Origin: the human T2T-CHM13v2.0 reference genome, Homo sapiens
DNA: 64,000 bases
Strand: one strand, 5' to 3'
Assembly: GCF_009914755.1 (NCBI RefSeq)
Contig: NC_060939.1
Part shown: positions 60,880 through 64,000 of the stretch, in pieces
Numbering within the stretch: the stretch's first letter is position 1
How the letters are laid out: each line of letters begins with the position of its first letter
The notes under the pieces: generated by a model
What the model was told of the DNA's origin: nothing
Database searches by the model: none
Seen by the model: the letters and a program-made list of their open reading frames with translations, nothing else
Program-made: the position numbers and the translations under genes

Positions 60880-62451
60880 ATGGGGACACTTCAGGGAGTG
60901 GCTCTCAGGTCCCGAGAAAGACCTTCCTGGCCACAGGAGACACACAGACATCAGGAAGGGACAGAGGAAGGATGTGCAGTTGCAGCCTTTTCAGCAGATG
61001 CTCTGAGAATGGGAGGTCGAGAGTTGGAGCAAACGGTCAGTTCTGGTGCATTGAGCTTTCTCAGGCAGGTGTTGATGGGGCTGGGGTCAGCCTAGGGGTG
61101 TGACCTGAAGCCACTGGAAGCCTTGCTGGGGTCTGGCTCTCTCTTGGTGCAGGGGGGTGGAGGGAGCCCTGACAATAGAGCACTGGGGGGCCTCCAGGAG
61201 ACCATCCCTGCAGCAGCCAGGCCATGCTCTGAGGATGTGGGAAGAGGACCCCCACTGTCTCTGAGTATAGGGTGGTGACTTCTTTGCACAGACTGGCCAG
61301 GGGTCCCACAGGGGCACAGTACAGGTGTCCCTGGGCTGCAGGGCTGGGGGACATCAGAGCTGCTCTCTGGGCTTGGCAGCCACCTCAGGTGGGATCAGAA
61401 GGGGGGGGCAGTGCCTGGTGCTTCCCCTCCAGGCCTCTCTCCATGGTGTCCAGGGTAGCTTCTGGGGCTTTGGTGCCAATTTCTGAGGCCAGGGTCCTAC
61501 CCTTCCTGATGCCGTGATGCTTGGTGGCTCTGGAGGAAGCCCCAGCTTTGGCCACTCCTGCACTGCCTGGGGCTCCAGTCCTGCTGCGCCTTGAGGGGAA
61601 CCCAGGGCCCCAGGCTTGGCCCTGTAAGGTCAGATGGGGGCTGGGCTCCAGCATCCTGCCGCTAGGTTTAGTTCCTAAATGACAGGGAGGCAGACTCTGG
61701 CTGAGCTCAAGACCTGTTCCCAGGCTCTGTGCCAGAGCAGGGTCCCCCAGCAGAGGCTGTGTGGAGCTGGGCAGGGTTCGCACTTTGTGGGGAGTTCCCT
61801 GGACCTGGAGACTCAACCCTCAGCCTCCTTGATGATGAATGATTCATCCTGTGACTGTCTTGGCCCAGACAATCAGGTGGCCTCCTCACCTACCCCTCTT
61901 CAGACAGGGCCTCAGACCTAAGGCAGGAGCACCCCCTACACCAGACCTCCTGGGTCACAGGAAATGCACAGACATCGGGAAGGGACGGAGGATGGACGGA
62001 GGAAGGACGTGCAGTTGCAGCTCTTTCTGCAGATGCCCTGAGAGAGGAGGTAGGAGCACGCTTGCTGTGGTTTGAATGCTTCTCTCCTCCAAAACTCATG
62101 TTGAAATTTCATTGCCATTGTAACAGTATGAAGAGTGATTAGGTCATAAGGTCCCCACCTCATGGGTGGGATTGGCGCTGTTATAAAAGGGTGAGTTCGG
62201 CCCCCTCTTGCTCTCTTTCTTGCCTTCTGCCATATGATGACACAGCAAGAAGGTCCTTGCCAGATGCTCCTGGACTTGCTTTGGACTTTCCCTTGCTCTT
62301 GGACTTGCTTTGGACTTTCCCTTGCTCTTGGACTTGCTCTGGCACCTTGCTCTTGGACTTCACAGCCTCTAGAACTGTGAGAAATAAATTTCCGTTCAGT
62401 ATAAACTTCCCAGTCTTGGGTGTTCTATTACAACATCACAAAACAGTCTAA
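60880..62451 (+). ncRNA. FAM30B: FAM30A/KIAA0125 paralogue (lncRNA/pseudogene); putative-ORF exons 60880-61035, 61908-62049, 62246-62451
   Basis: Spliced translation MGTLQGVALRSRERPSWPQET..ELEQT/GLRPKAGAPP..CRCPERG/ARRSLPDAPGLALDFPLLLDLLW matches the recalled KIAA0125 putative protein. All junctions are GT-AG. FAM30B versus FAM30C is uncertain. Confidence 0.82.
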
Positions 62452-62455
62452 GACA
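62063..62455 (+). mobile_element. MaLR (MSTC/D or MLT1A-like) LTR with internal 29-bp tandem duplication
   Basis: TGCTGTGGTTTGAATG..CCAAAACTCATGTTGAAA...AGAACTGTGAGAAATAAA...CTAAGACA. Confidence 0.82.
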
Positions 62456-64000
62456 ACCCCGTATTCAGACCTAAGGTGAGATAACCCCTACCCATATCTA
62501 AGGATCCCCTGCTCCAGATCTTAGTGGTGAGGTCAATACAGGACTCCCTCTGAGGGAAGCCCTGACAGCAGTGCCTGGGAAGGCATCTGTAGGGCCCAGT
62601 GGGCCGGGGAGGCCCAGGACACACCTACATCATCTCTCATAATCCCTCCATTCTGTTATAACAGGAGCATATGCTTATAGCATACTTTAAAAATCAGCCC
62701 AAAACTGAAGGTAAGCATCAGTTAATTGATGGACTCCTTTTCACGGTTTGGTCTTTGTATTTACACCACAGTCATCTCACAGTGTGTGTTGAGCTTTGCA
62801 CCCTTTTATCAAATGAGGTCACCCCATGAATGCTGGCTGTCACGTTATCACAGATATGTGACAAGTATAATTGGGAATGTTTGCAGAATAGTCCCATTAA
62901 TGTATGCACCATAATTTCTTCAGGCACTATCTTGCTTTCAACTATTTTATAATTATAAATAATGGTCTGAAGAATGTCTGTTCACAAAGTGTTTTCCTCA
63001 TGTGTGCTAGCCACTTGTTTTCTTTTGGAAATTGTGTTATATCCTTTGCTGATTTCTTAAGGGATTTGTTCTTTTTCTTATTAGCTTATGTATGTTGTTT
63101 GCCTAATAATGGTACAAGACCTTTACATATTAGATTAATATTATTTGAGTTTATTATTTACTGTTAAGTTTTGATGATTTTTAAATGTAAAGAATCTGTA
63201 AAGGTGTTACCTAGCTTCATGATTTGGGTATGCGGTGAAGCCTGCCCAACTTTGGGCAGCTGTCTGGGCCTGTGTTTCCAGAGCTTGAAGGAGTCTCTGC
63301 TTCCCTCTGGAGGGCTGGTGTGATAGTGTTCTCTCTCCAGGCCTGGGTGCCCTCCTGGGTCTGGGCTTGGGCTGGGCTCTTAGATGTCTCAGAGGAATTG
63401 AGACTCTATTAATCAAGTGAGTCTTTCCATTTCTGGTGAGATGATCATGGGTCATCATTGGCCTGAGTGGTGGGATGAGCTATAAATAGTTCTTAATTCC
63501 CGGTGTAAGTCCTTGTTCAATGAGATGGACAGAATTTGGCCTTCTAGGATGTCATTTATAACATTTGGCTCTTTGCCAAAATGCAAGTAACCCATGTTTT
63601 ACTCTGGAGACTGTGGAGTGTGATCCCGTTCATAGACTTTTCCATGTTTCTCCAAATCCTGGAGCAGTTCTTATGGGAACTGATTAGTTTTGTGAAAGTC
63701 TAAACTTCACCCATAAAGCCATCTTGGCCTGAAGTCATCTGTGAGGGCAATTATTTAATAATCTTAATGCTTTCTTGAGGATTATTGTTCCAACTACGAT
63801 TTCCATTTCTTCTTGAGTCAGTTTTAAGTTTTATTGCTAGAAAAGAAAAATGCCAACTTGCCGTCATCTCTGCCGTCACTATTTTGTGTTCAACAATTGC
63901 CTTCTGTATCTGCCGTGTCTTCCCCAGCACAGAAGCTGTAATGTTATTAAACAAAGCAATGTATCCAGATCACTCAGAATCTATGCCTGTCACGGGGAGC

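Noticed and set aside
51034-62100. Many overlapping 100-250 aa ORFs in the GC-rich D region
   Set aside because: Expected from stop-codon scarcity at high GC; no recognisable domains apart from the FAM30 exons.
59340-64000. IGCR1-like paired CTCF sites upstream of D1
   Set aside because: Expected by analogy with mouse, but I found no convincing motif by eye; needs a PWM scan.

Overview
Human (primate) genomic DNA, not prokaryotic. It is an immunoglobulin heavy-chain orphon block whose segments match, from my recall, the chr15q11.2 IGH/OR15 cluster. All Ig segments are on the minus strand. In coordinate order: a clan-II V pseudogene (~3.4-3.9 kb), IGHV1OR15-9-like, a processed SLC20A1 pseudogene, IGHV1OR15-2 (stop in FR2), IGHV3OR15-7 (open frame, good RSS), and an Alu-disrupted clan-II V pseudogene. 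A sharp junction at ~51.07 kb leads into one GC-rich IGHD repeat unit (D5-D4-D3-D2-D1), followed by a plus-strand FAM30/KIAA0125 paralogue. The rest is L1, Alu and LTR sequence. There are no J or C segments, and I see no wholly new biological system. Best leads: (1) an apparently unannotated sixth D-like segment with two exact 12-bp-spacer RSSs at 53887-53956; (2) heavily decayed V relics that keep CTCF motifs just upstream of both IGHV1 promoters; (3) D-upstream-of-V order with 12/23-compatible RSSs; (4) a Cys23Tyr variant of IGHV1OR15-9 that carries extra CDR cysteines. Gene names, repeat subfamilies and comparisons with chr14 come from memory and were not database-checked.
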